Part shown: piece after piece, positions 37,242 to 47,489 of the stretch
How positions within the stretch are numbered: position 1 is the stretch's first letter
Layout of the letters: every line of letters begins with the position of its first letter
IMG/VR virus record: IMGVR_UViG_3300042502_000941
Span: 1-64,000 of that record
Origin: a virus
Length of the DNA: 64,000 bases
Reading direction: 5' to 3' (one strand)
Program-made: the position numbers and the translations under genes
The notes under the pieces: generated by a model
What the model saw: the letters and a program-made list of their open reading frames with translations, nothing else
Told to the model about the DNA's origin: nothing
The model's database searches: none

Positions 37242-39818
37242 TTAAGTATCCCATTTAACAGAAATATTTATTGGAATTTCACCCGTATTTTTAATTGGGT
37301 GTGCTAATTTAGCTACTGCGACCAGATCACATCCACTGTATAATCCGACGGTGGTTATATATGGCGCTAAATAAGATCCCGTTGGATCAATTGATGAACT
37401 ATATTGATAATTGAAAAATGGTTGTTTGACATAATTCTTAATTGATTTACCTGTTTGATTGTCTAAGAATCTAATGATATCATCATAATTATTACGATTA
37501 CTTAATGTGGACAAATAAGATTTATAGTTAGTGAAATTTAATTTTTCGATGAAATACTTCCACATCATTTTACCATCGTTAACATCCACTCTACCATTAC
37601 TGTCTATGTCCAAATTCTTTTCGGCTAATAGATTTTTTAAAGTTGGGGTTAATAGATTTGTATTGTAGTCTGAATAAGATGATGTATAAAACCCAAAGAT
37701 ATTCTGTTCTACATCATTGGATATCATATTCAAATACCACTTTTCAGAACCTGGGACAGTATTCTTGTAGTTTATATATCTTAAAATGATGTCCAAATTT
37801 TCAAAGTTAAATGTGCTTTTGTTAAATACACAATAATTTATAAGAGATGAAGTTGTAGATGTAGGATTAGTGGATATATTAAATTCACCAGGTATTATTG
37901 TGCAAATATATTGTTTCTCATAAGATGTTATGAGTGTTCTGTAATCCATATACAAAGATGGTTGATTTGGATCGACAGGATCTCTTGTTAATAGATTCAA
38001 TACGCTACCTGTATTATTCAAAATCAAACTATTATTGTTATAAAAAATATTGCCAACTGGATAATTTGTCTTTAAGTCAGAACTATCGTATATATAAGCT
38101 TTACCAACGATGTCAGTGTATGTATCAGACTCCATCTGCAATGCAATTTTTGCTTTGATGCTACCACTACCATAAACCGTATCTTCTATTTGAAAATATA
38201 CAACATCAGCCGATTCAGTACAGTTCTCAGGATTAAATGATGATGTATTTATATAACTTGGATCATTATAACTACCCGATTCGGTTATCAATGGAATGCT
38301 TAAATACAAATCGTTATTTAGTGGAATTGGGGATCCAACTATCAAATTTGGTTCTGATAAAGCTACTGAATATCCAAATGCGCTAAATGGTTTATTATAC
38401 TCTTTTCGTTTGGCAATAGGATCTGTGGTAATCGGTGTTACGACGGAATTGCTAACATTGTAATATAAACACTGACCGCAATAACTTGATTCTCCATAAT
38501 CATTTACATCATAGAATTTATCGTAATATTTAACTGAACTAGAAATATAAAGCGAACTAAATGGGAAATATGGTTTAGGCGAACCAATTAACACTTTATT
38601 ATTGTGAGTCGAAACTGAATATCCCATCATATTATCTTTGAAAGTTATTTCATCACCGTAAAGTTTTTTAATAAACAGATACTGATTGGATCCTGTTGGA
38701 CACAGTCCGTTTTCATAAATATAAGTCGCTCCTCTTTGTCTCAGTGTCGTAGATCCTGAATATTCATAGTATAAAAGATCATTGGGCGAACCCACGGTTA
38801 AAACATTTTTATGTAAAGATACAGAATAACCAAATCTATTTTTTTTCTGAGCGGCCGACAAACTTCCAGATGGATATAAATCAAATTCAAAACCTTCCAA
38901 TTTCAAATATTCAGATCCTGTTATATTTTGGAATCTCTGAGATAGATGCCAACCGCCGGATCCAGATGTAAATAAAAATACTTTGCTAGCTGATACTTGG
39001 TTAGACCCAACCACCAACTTATCTTCACTATATTTGTCTATACAAACACTAAATCCAAACGACGATTGATATGGGTCTAAAATAATACTACTACTTAATT
39101 TTTGTACCAAATCGTAGTTATTATTTACATTCTTAAAAACATAAACGCATCCTCTACCATTATTATAGCCAGGCGCGCCGACCGCTAAATAATTGTTTGA
39201 AATACTAACAGATTTGCCAAATTGAGAATTTATGGATGATGTTAAATAAGCAATTGGAGTTGAGCTTATTTGATAAGTACTTGTAGTTTCTTTAGTAAAC
39301 TCATTAGATTTATCTGTTATACGTCCGTTTTCATATATATAGTTTGGGTCTATTTCGTATATATTTACTTGATTTTGTGTGAAGAAATGTCTAGTATCAA
39401 GACTTTGACTTAGTGAAATATCACTCGCTGCGAGAAAATAATCACTAACATCTAAAGATTCTCCATATTTGCTTTGATAAACAAATCTACTTTGATCTTC
39501 AATTGTTAAATAACTGCAGGATGAATCTATGTTTGGTAAACTACCGCTATTAGCGATTAAAGAACTTGTATTTACCATACTACTACTTTGTTCGGTATAA
39601 TATGGGGTAAACAAATTTAAATTTTCGTTTACTAAAGTTTTAATTACTTCATAATTTGATTGAAATTGATTTTTACGAATTAAAAATATTTGACCTTTGC
39701 GAGAAAACCCCTCTGAATAATCCCAGTTTTTAGTTGGTGGGTTTCCTATTGCTATTATACTGCCATTAGTAGCAACAGCGGATCCGTATCGTTCGTTATA
39801 TATGTTAATTAAACTCAT
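37242..39818 (-). CDS. Virion protein with FG-GAP (beta-propeller) repeats, EF-hand/dockerin-like loop and tail-collar-like C-terminus
   Basis: FGKSVSISNNYLAVGAP, FGFSVCI, FGYSVSLH...VGSP, FGYSVAL...VGSP; LDIDSNGRVDVND; PYITTVGLY...LVAVAKL. Confidence 0.75.
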   Translation of the reverse strand: MSLINIYNERYGSAVATNGSIIAIGNPPTKNWDYSEGFSRKGQIFLIRKNQFQSNYEVIKTLVNENLNLFTPYYTEQSSSMVNTSSLIANSGSLPNIDSSCSYLTIEDQSRFVYQSKYGESLDVSDYFLAASDISLSQSLDTRHFFTQNQVNIYEIDPNYIYENGRITDKSNEFTKETTSTYQISSTPIAYLTSSINSQFGKSVSISNNYLAVGAPGYNNGRGCVYVFKNVNNNYDLVQKLSSSIILDPYQSSFGFSVCIDKYSEDKLVVGSNQVSASKVFLFTSGSGGWHLSQRFQNITGSEYLKLEGFEFDLYPSGSLSAAQKKNRFGYSVSLHKNVLTVGSPNDLLYYEYSGSTTLRQRGATYIYENGLCPTGSNQYLFIKKLYGDEITFKDNMMGYSVSTHNNKVLIGSPKPYFPFSSLYISSSVKYYDKFYDVNDYGESSYCGQCLYYNVSNSVVTPITTDPIAKRKEYNKPFSAFGYSVALSEPNLIVGSPIPLNNDLYLSIPLITESGSYNDPSYINTSSFNPENCTESADVVYFQIEDTVYGSGSIKAKIALQMESDTYTDIVGKAYIYDSSDLKTNYPVGNIFYNNNSLILNNTGSVLNLLTRDPVDPNQPSLYMDYRTLITSYEKQYICTIIPGEFNISTNPTSTTSSLINYCVFNKSTFNFENLDIILRYINYKNTVPGSEKWYLNMISNDVEQNIFGFYTSSYSDYNTNLLTPTLKNLLAEKNLDIDSNGRVDVNDGKMMWKYFIEKLNFTNYKSYLSTLSNRNNYDDIIRFLDNQTGKSIKNYVKQPFFNYQYSSSIDPTGSYLAPYITTVGLYSGCDLVAVAKLAHPIKNTGEIPINISVKWDT

Positions 39819-39819
39819 A

Positions 39820-40518
39820 CTATGTATTCAATAAATAATAACCCAAACCATAACTACCTTGGTTTTCTACAGTATCTTCATTATCCGTCGTAAATTCGTA
39901 ACTATTAATAAAATAAGTTCCGCCTAATATCAAATTGTGATTGCCATCATCTAATATGTTAGAAACGATGTCTCCTGATTGATTGTATATTACAACTGAA
40001 TTTCTTTTAATGCCGTCGCCAGTTTGTGGAACTGATAATCTATACAACGAAAAATCATTAGTCAAATCCAATTTAGTACGTTGGTGATCGTAATCGTCAA
40101 ATCCAAATATATTGTAACTATTGTTGTAATTATTATAATACATTTTATTTACAGTATTATAAACTTGACCTTTATACGTCCCATTAACATTTACAGGATT
40201 AACCGTTGGATTCCAATTAACACTTGATGATGGATAAAAAACAGAACTTGAATTTACATATTTACCCACTGAAAAATCAATTTGTGAGGATTCCTCAAAT
40301 TGTGTAATTGCTAAATATGCAGTATTTGATGAAATCTCTTCACAACTTCCTGATTTATTATTGTCGCACGCAATATAAGACAATTGTATAGGAAATATAC
40401 TATCGTCGATACCATCTATACCAGAAAGAAGATTATTTAAAACGTTATTAAACGTCTTTTCCTTAGAAACAGTAAATCTGGTTACTAGTACGTCTTGTGT
40501 TTTAAAAAATTTGATCAT
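39820..40518 (-). CDS. Hypothetical structural (baseplate-region) protein
   Basis: LSVPQ..GDGIKRNSV...DDGNHNL; TATTTATA (40524-40531) lies 5 nt upstream. Confidence 0.65.
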   Translation of the reverse strand: MIKFFKTQDVLVTRFTVSKEKTFNNVLNNLLSGIDGIDDSIFPIQLSYIACDNNKSGSCEEISSNTAYLAITQFEESSQIDFSVGKYVNSSSVFYPSSSVNWNPTVNPVNVNGTYKGQVYNTVNKMYYNNYNNSYNIFGFDDYDHQRTKLDLTNDFSLYRLSVPQTGDGIKRNSVVIYNQSGDIVSNILDDGNHNLILGGTYFINSYEFTTDNEDTVENQGSYGLGYYLLNT

Positions 40519-40554
40519 TCTATTATAAATAGAATAAAAACAAACTATTATATA

Positions 40555-41673
40555 TTAGAAATCAATCCGCACCTTAATCAATAATTCGTTGTCAAAAGAT
40601 TTCATTGTAGGTTGACTAATTTTACCAATTGCCAATAGTTCATTATTATCATTATACAAACCGACCGAGGTAATATAGGTTCTTGGATTATTAATCAAAT
40701 CTTGATAAATAATAGTTCCTTTAGTCAAACCATCTGTTCCATCGGAAACAAAAGTTGGATTGTTGCTATAATTAAATTCTTTATTTTTTACACGGATAAA
40801 GTAATTTGTAGACGGTACAAATTCAGACTTTCTGACTCCCATCGTTGATTTGGATCTTCTAAGAGCATTATAAAAATCTCTTGTCCATACTTTCCAATAT
40901 CCACTTCGATTTGTAGAAGTTACGTTATTAGAATAATTAGCTCTATTTAAAATTTGTTGTCCTGCTGTAATACCAACGTGTTTGTCTAAATTTATTGCGT
41001 TAAATACGATGGTGCCGTTTGATGGATATACCAAACCTATACCGGCATAAACCGGCGATCCATTTTTCAAATAAGGCGTAGCAATGCCGTTTACAATGGA
41101 ACCTGAAATTAAGTTATATGAAGTTTGTTGTTTATTCACTACCTGTGAATCGTCAATAAATGTGAATTTCTTAGGACCAACTGAACCACTAAAAGAAATC
41201 TGTATTTGCCCCGCGTCTATTTGATCTTTAAATTTGTCAGCTGCATAATTTATTACATAAATAGCTGCACTGTCAACTATATTATCTACACTTCCAGATG
41301 CAAAACTGAATAAAGTATCGCCTGGTTGTAAAAGGGTATTTCTATATTGAGAATAGATAACTTTCGTTTCATTTGTCAATACGGGGGTTGAATAAGTGGT
41401 CACATCGAATCGTGAACTACCACTGTTTGCATAATCGCCATATGCTACATCAAAATATAAATCTCCGCCTGAGTAAATATCAAGATAATATTGACCATTT
41501 CTCACATCATATGGACTAGAACCAGTAAGTTGATTAGCTTGACCAGTAACACCTGATTGTGTTACAAAGGTAGATTGACTAACAAATAAACTACCAGTTC
41601 CAAATAAACCGGAAGATACTTGATTTATTCTACCGACTACAATGTCGTCATTATTAAATGTACTAAATATCAT
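40555..41673 (-). CDS. Structural protein whose C-terminus is paralogous to that of 37242-39818
   Basis: EFNYSNNPTF...TYITSVGLYNDNNELLAIGKISQP...VRIDF. Confidence 0.7.
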   Translation of the reverse strand: MIFSTFNNDDIVVGRINQVSSGLFGTGSLFVSQSTFVTQSGVTGQANQLTGSSPYDVRNGQYYLDIYSGGDLYFDVAYGDYANSGSSRFDVTTYSTPVLTNETKVIYSQYRNTLLQPGDTLFSFASGSVDNIVDSAAIYVINYAADKFKDQIDAGQIQISFSGSVGPKKFTFIDDSQVVNKQQTSYNLISGSIVNGIATPYLKNGSPVYAGIGLVYPSNGTIVFNAINLDKHVGITAGQQILNRANYSNNVTSTNRSGYWKVWTRDFYNALRRSKSTMGVRKSEFVPSTNYFIRVKNKEFNYSNNPTFVSDGTDGLTKGTIIYQDLINNPRTYITSVGLYNDNNELLAIGKISQPTMKSFDNELLIKVRIDF

Positions 41674-41675
41674 AA

Positions 41676-42317
41676 TTATGTTGTTGTTGGAACTTTAACT
41701 GTCACTGTAATGGATGTATTACCACCACTTTCATTGCCAATAATTGTAATATTAGTGGTTGTTGTTTTAGACAAACCAGCGTTTGGTACAAATCTGAATT
41801 TATTACCAATTACTACTTGCGAAGTTTGTGAAGTTAAATCTCCTGAAAAAGTAGGAACTGTAGCACTGGTCGAATTCAAACTATTTGTTTCGGTCACAAT
41901 CAATGTCCCAACATTTTTATTTGCCAAAATCGATGTGTATCCAAGCGTAACATTGTAAGTTGGGTTTGTACTAGGACTAATTAAAATTTCCCCCGTGTAA
42001 TCTCTATCTACAGTAATTACACTTTGAGCTACACTTATAGTTGGTACAGATGTTATTCCGTCATTCAAAGTCACTAACTTATATTTCATTGACTGTGATT
42101 CATCGGTAATCGGTTCCATAATAGGAGTGTTACGAATAGCTATATCGTAATACGCGCTACCCAATGGATGATTTGGATTAAACTGGGTGTAATCAATTTC
42201 ATCGTCAGCCAAAGCGAACGCTGTAATGTTTAACCCACCCGTTTTTGCAAGAATTTCTCTTCCTTTTTTAGTCAATACAGCATTCACTGTAAGAATGTTG
42301 TTATTTAAATATGCCAT
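41676..42317 (-). CDS. Structural protein, tail-collar/baseplate-like
   Basis: VLTKKGREILAK...ITAFALADDEIDY; Thr-rich beta C-terminus. Confidence 0.65.
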   Translation of the reverse strand: MAYLNNNILTVNAVLTKKGREILAKTGGLNITAFALADDEIDYTQFNPNHPLGSAYYDIAIRNTPIMEPITDESQSMKYKLVTLNDGITSVPTISVAQSVITVDRDYTGEILISPSTNPTYNVTLGYTSILANKNVGTLIVTETNSLNSTSATVPTFSGDLTSQTSQVVIGNKFRFVPNAGLSKTTTTNITIIGNESGGNTSITVTVKVPTTT

Positions 42318-42363
42318 ATATAATAATTATTGATAAGTTTTAATTTTTACTCAAAAATGTGAA

Positions 42364-45300
42364 TTATAAATTCATTATGTATCTTTCCAAACTCGCGCTG
42401 GTTAGTAAAGAAGCGGTTAATGGTAATTGTATGAATAATGAGTCAGTACTACTAATTGAGCCAGTTGTATCACCATATGAAGGAGCATTATTGGTTTCGA
42501 TATTCAAACTTAAAAATCCTGGTATGGTAATAACAGGCGAACTTCCATTTGTAACGCCTTTTCTATTTACAGTACTGTTCTTATCATTTTTACCTTTAAT
42601 ATAAGTATAATATGCAATATCGCCTTTTGTATTCAACTTCAATCCACTCAAAAGTTGCGTCTTAGAACCACTTACCGCTTGATATTTGGTTCGACTTCCA
42701 ACAAATGTAAACTTACTTAAATGTCTATTAGAATATCCTGTATTAAATACGCCTTTATAGTAGTTTTTCAGGTACTTACTTCCGGTAACTTGAACATTAA
42801 ATCCTATATAATCCGACGTGCCGGATGTGCCGGATGTGCCGGATGTACCGGATGTACCGGATGTACCGGACGTACCTGAGATGCCGGATGTACCTGAGAT
42901 GCCAGATGAACCTACAGAATATCCCGACCCAGAACCAATAACTTGAACTTCGTCAAATGAAGAAGTAAATGTTACTAAAAATCCATCATTATTAACAGAT
43001 TGATAATAATCTTTTTTGCCTACATTAACTGTGTCTCGTACATTATATCCATTTGAATCAATATATACATATTTTCCATACTTTGCATAAATAAAATCAC
43101 GGTCGTCGATTGTGTCTTTAATTTCTAGACGAGAGTAATTATAAGTATTTTCATCTCTGGTAATATTATTAACGTTAGAACTAGTTACTATAGCGAAGTT
43201 TGCAATATCAACCGTATTTAATAAAGAAGATGTAAATGTTGTCTTGTTATTAAAGTATATGTCAAATTCGTTATTTGTTAAAAATTCCACATCTCTGTAG
43301 TTAAACTTTTTACGTTCAAACAAGCTTGGTTCTAATACAAGGCCTGTCAATAAATTAGATCTAGACGGTTTTAAATTTTTTACAACATCAAATATAGAAA
43401 AATCAATGTAGAATTTATATGTACTATAAAATTCTTGTGGGTATATATATTTTTCATTTATTTCGCCGAATTCACGTTGTAATTTAGTCAATCCATCATA
43501 ATTTTGTTTGTTTAAATTTTGAGGTTCACCTATAATATCGGCTATACCATCCAAACCTATAAAATTCTCTATTTTTTGATTTAAATAGTTATATGGACTT
43601 ATAAAAAATCCTGATAAGATAGAATCGTCACCTAAACTGTCTTGAATTCTCGTCGAATAATCATACGGCGTTAAATTAGACAAAGCTGTTTCGGTTATTT
43701 TGTTTATTTTACCATTAATTTTGAAATTTGGTCCAAAGTTATTGGTGTTTATAGTTTGTTTAAGATCGATTTTATCAAATTGATATGGGAACTGAGTAAT
43801 CATTACATTCGAACAAGTTGGATAGCTATAATACTTTTCTGTTTGTCCAAAATTATAAGCAAAGAATTGCGTATTATAATAAATATTTTGATTATGTACG
43901 GTTGTACTAATCGATGTAGATGAATACAAATCTACAGGCGTGTCGAAACTCCATAAATAAAACAAATTAGAATAAACATTTTCTTTATTTGGTATTGATA
44001 TCGAATCTAAATTATAAGAATGTTCATCGAAATATTCATTATTAAGTGGTTCTTTTAAAATTTTGATTTTATCCAAATTTCCTATAAAAGAAACAGAAGA
44101 CGAATAATTACCTATATAATAACTACCCGATGAAAACTTCTTGTTTGTATTATAATTTATAAGTTTACGCTTTGTTGATGAGAAATTCTTAACGCTTCCA
44201 TCATATTGATTAATGGATAGACTGTATATGTATGGAATAAATTCATTTGTCGAATTAATAAAATAAGAAGCTGTTAATATTGTTTTTTGAGATGCTAATG
44301 TGACATAATCGCCATCGTCTTCTATCACAAAATCACCGTCGTCTTCTATAATAAAAGGAGTATCTTCATTAGTGGTTTTAATTGAACGAACCCGCAACTT
44401 ATCGAAATCTCCAAGAACAGGCTCACGCTTTAACATAGCAGTGAAAATGCCGCCGTTTAATAATGGTATTTCATTTAATATCAAACTAGACGTGGTGTTA
44501 CCCAATTCATATGGATGTATTTCAAATACTAATTGACCACTGTTAACTTGCTTTGATTTTTTTATAAATAAATTCCAATCAGACTTTTTATTTCTATATT
44601 TCGACATCAATTGTATCTTGTCGTCGAAGTTATAATTAGTCGATTTAAATCTAAAAGAAAATTCAATTGTAGATATACCATTAAATTTTGATGTGTATTC
44701 GGTGCTACTGGTGAATGTATTAATATTGGATCCAGATGCGTAGTAGCTACTAGTGGTATAAATAAAATCACTACTAGTATGTTGAAAATTCAAGAAATTA
44801 TTTTCCTTGAAATCTGTCATATAAATAATATCATCGTATACGAAGTAATTATCACGATTGGAAAAAGCGTCAGCACTTCCATACTCTCTGGTAGATATTA
44901 ATCCAGATGGAATGCCAAACATAGTACGTATCATTTCAAATGAATTGATAGTACCCTTGGATTTATATACAGATGAAATGTTATTTGCAAATCGATTTAA
45001 AATTGATTTTGTATAATCGAAATAAGAAGCGGAGTTGTAACCTGAAATTTCTTGATTATTTAAATATAATTGATTTAAATCACTTTGAGAAAATTTGTCA
45101 ATGTCAACGTTCCAATTAAAACTGTTCAATAATTCATCTATATAATTCTTTGGATAGTAACTTGAATCATTGTTAGAAATAGGATATGTTTTAGGAAACT
45201 TCTTGATAAAGACTAATATATTATCAAAAAAATGTCCGGTCATTGCGGTGAATTTTATGTAATCCGCTGAATCGGAGTCATCCTTTACATATTCAGGAAG

Positions 45301-47010
45301 TTGATATACCAAACTATTATAGTTATCCGAATCATATGTAATAGCCTCATCGATTTTGTTGTCTATACTGGATGAATTAAAAAACAAATAGGATTCGTAT
45401 TCATCAAATGTATCCAGCAATGTGATTTGTTGAGATGTCTTCTGATTAACCAACTGACTATAAGAAGATGAAATTGTCGCACTTGTATTTGTTGCGGAAT
45501 TAATAGTCGATTTCTTAACGGACTCAAGTTGATTATAATCTTTGATTTTATTCTTAGCAATTTTAGTACGTAATTCAGCTGATGAATAATTAATAAAATT
45601 GTTGAAATCTGTATAATCTATATACAAATCATTATACTTTTCTTTTAATCTTACTGTTGCTTTGTCCAGAGTAAACGCGTCATTACTTTGATATCTTTCT
45701 GTAGATGGATGCGACGTATTAACTTGAACATCAAAATTTATATCGTTTAAAAATACTTTTCTTGATATCTTCGAAGTAAATAAGTTAACTTTAAAATAAA
45801 TTGGAGCAATTGATATGTTTGATATCCAACATGTCGATTTTATATTATATTGTAAAGGTAATGGAGCATCTAATTTTACTTGTATGTTAAAAGTATCATC
45901 TATTGAATTTAAATAATTTGTATGATCTAGAATTTTTATTAAATTTCCATTGTCAAAATTCAATGCGTTCTTATAATAACCATAATATTTTGTTCTATAA
46001 TTTTCTAATAAATTAGTTACATTCGGCAATATCCAATCGGTATAAATCGTTTGTTCAAATAATCCCAATATATTTTGTAAATCGATATCATTTATAGAAC
46101 TTTTTTGTAATACTCTATCTTGTGATACTTTTAATGTGATGATTCTGAAAGACTCTAATATTTCTTGATTGGTAAATTCTACATTGTTATATGTGTATAT
46201 AAAATTGTTAATTTGTTCCTGTACACCTGAAAATTTACTTGTCTGTAAAATCGTAGTATCAGTATCACTATTTAATTTAATTACAGAATTATATCCAACG
46301 TATGTTGATGTTATAAATTCCTGCAATTCAGCTTCACTTTTTAGACCTAACTTCAAACAAATATCTGTATAATTATACTTATTTTTATTTAACAGAAAGT
46401 CTTGTTCGATTGGATTGTTTTTAATAATATCAATTAAATCTTGATATATTCTCAATAACAAATATTTTTTATCAGCAAATGATCTTATCTTAACCGCATC
46501 TAACCTAGATGATTCATTTTTAGTTGTGTCAAATGCATAAGATAACCGTATTTCAGTTCTACTTGGAGATATCTCTTTTATAACCAATTTATTTGTCGGA
46601 TTGCCGGCTATATTTCTAACTGGATTATACAACAAGTAATACAAACCTGGACCAACTCCACTAGCATTTAAATCAAATTGTGGGTGTAATAAAATATCAT
46701 TTTTGTGAGATACAATATTTGTAAATGGATTTGCGAATTGATACGATCTCAACTCATTATTTATATCTCTATAACTTCCTTGTAATATGGAATATGTAAC
46801 GGATGGAATTACTCTGTTAAAACTTACAAGTTGTTGATTATTATTATAAAGAGTAAATTCAAACAAGTCGTCGTCGGATTCTCCATAAAATACATCATTA
46901 CTTACAACTTGTTGTTCGTACAAAGACTGCAAATTGGCATTGAAATAAGATGCACTTGTAATACCCTTATTCAAATCATTATCGTTTATTGTCAAATAGT
47001 CGTAAGGCAT
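42364..47010 (-). CDS. Large baseplate/structural protein (1548 aa) with probable LamG-like domain and (GTS)n tract
   Basis: Lies in the baseplate cluster; STIEFSFRFK...FIGNLDKIKI resembles LamG; YKSKGT...IRTMFGIP resembles wedge/tail proteins. Confidence 0.65.
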   Translation of the reverse strand: MPYDYLTINDNDLNKGITSASYFNANLQSLYEQQVVSNDVFYGESDDDLFEFTLYNNNQQLVSFNRVIPSVTYSILQGSYRDINNELRSYQFANPFTNIVSHKNDILLHPQFDLNASGVGPGLYYLLYNPVRNIAGNPTNKLVIKEISPSRTEIRLSYAFDTTKNESSRLDAVKIRSFADKKYLLLRIYQDLIDIIKNNPIEQDFLLNKNKYNYTDICLKLGLKSEAELQEFITSTYVGYNSVIKLNSDTDTTILQTSKFSGVQEQINNFIYTYNNVEFTNQEILESFRIITLKVSQDRVLQKSSINDIDLQNILGLFEQTIYTDWILPNVTNLLENYRTKYYGYYKNALNFDNGNLIKILDHTNYLNSIDDTFNIQVKLDAPLPLQYNIKSTCWISNISIAPIYFKVNLFTSKISRKVFLNDINFDVQVNTSHPSTERYQSNDAFTLDKATVRLKEKYNDLYIDYTDFNNFINYSSAELRTKIAKNKIKDYNQLESVKKSTINSATNTSATISSSYSQLVNQKTSQQITLLDTFDEYESYLFFNSSSIDNKIDEAITYDSDNYNSLVYQLPEYVKDDSDSADYIKFTAMTGHFFDNILVFIKKFPKTYPISNNDSSYYPKNYIDELLNSFNWNVDIDKFSQSDLNQLYLNNQEISGYNSASYFDYTKSILNRFANNISSVYKSKGTINSFEMIRTMFGIPSGLISTREYGSADAFSNRDNYFVYDDIIYMTDFKENNFLNFQHTSSDFIYTTSSYYASGSNINTFTSSTEYTSKFNGISTIEFSFRFKSTNYNFDDKIQLMSKYRNKKSDWNLFIKKSKQVNSGQLVFEIHPYELGNTTSSLILNEIPLLNGGIFTAMLKREPVLGDFDKLRVRSIKTTNEDTPFIIEDDGDFVIEDDGDYVTLASQKTILTASYFINSTNEFIPYIYSLSINQYDGSVKNFSSTKRKLINYNTNKKFSSGSYYIGNYSSSVSFIGNLDKIKILKEPLNNEYFDEHSYNLDSISIPNKENVYSNLFYLWSFDTPVDLYSSTSISTTVHNQNIYYNTQFFAYNFGQTEKYYSYPTCSNVMITQFPYQFDKIDLKQTINTNNFGPNFKINGKINKITETALSNLTPYDYSTRIQDSLGDDSILSGFFISPYNYLNQKIENFIGLDGIADIIGEPQNLNKQNYDGLTKLQREFGEINEKYIYPQEFYSTYKFYIDFSIFDVVKNLKPSRSNLLTGLVLEPSLFERKKFNYRDVEFLTNNEFDIYFNNKTTFTSSLLNTVDIANFAIVTSSNVNNITRDENTYNYSRLEIKDTIDDRDFIYAKYGKYVYIDSNGYNVRDTVNVGKKDYYQSVNNDGFLVTFTSSFDEVQVIGSGSGYSVGSSGISGTSGISGTSGTSGTSGTSGTSGTSGTSDYIGFNVQVTGSKYLKNYYKGVFNTGYSNRHLSKFTFVGSRTKYQAVSGSKTQLLSGLKLNTKGDIAYYTYIKGKNDKNSTVNRKGVTNGSSPVITIPGFLSLNIETNNAPSYGDTTGSISSTDSLFIQLPLTASLLTSASLERYIMNL
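42814..42910 (-). repeat. GC-rich 9-nt tandem repeat encoding SGISGTSGISGTSGTSGTSGTSGTSGTSGTS
   Basis: gccggatgt / accggatgt units directly visible. Confidence 0.9.
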
Positions 47011-47011
47011 A

Positions 47012-47488
47012 TTAAGAAGTTAATGGTAAAAATGGATAGTCGTCGCCAAAATCGGAAAGTACAGTTCCTTGTCCCAATTTGATTCGCAAACCAATAATTT
47101 CGTTTTTCATAGCCGCAATAACTTGTTTGTCATCGTTATTTTCATATTTTTCCACCAAGCTATTTACCGTTTGATTTAAGATTCTATTTTCTTCGATCAG
47201 ATTATTATATTGAATTATAACATCTGTCAAATTTCTCTTTTCTTCGACAGCGGTTGTTTGTAATTCAGTGAATTCTACTGTCGATGTATCGGCAATTTTG
47301 TTTTCATTATATAAAAAACTTTTAATTGGCAATTTAATATAATTAAATTTACCATCAAATGATTGTGATATATTGTAAACTAATTGGTCATTTCCAAAAT
47401 TATCAAAGTTATTTTGAAATGTACCGAAGTCTTTAAATGTTTGTATATCACTTAATGATACGTTATATACTAATGGTATATTTGCCAT
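47012..47488 (-). CDS. Hypothetical protein with coiled coil (baseplate region)
   Basis: 158-aa ORF spaced 1 nt from both neighbours. Confidence 0.7.
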   Translation of the reverse strand: MANIPLVYNVSLSDIQTFKDFGTFQNNFDNFGNDQLVYNISQSFDGKFNYIKLPIKSFLYNENKIADTSTVEFTELQTTAVEEKRNLTDVIIQYNNLIEENRILNQTVNSLVEKYENNDDKQVIAAMKNEIIGLRIKLGQGTVLSDFGDDYPFLPLTS

Positions 47489-47489
47489 A

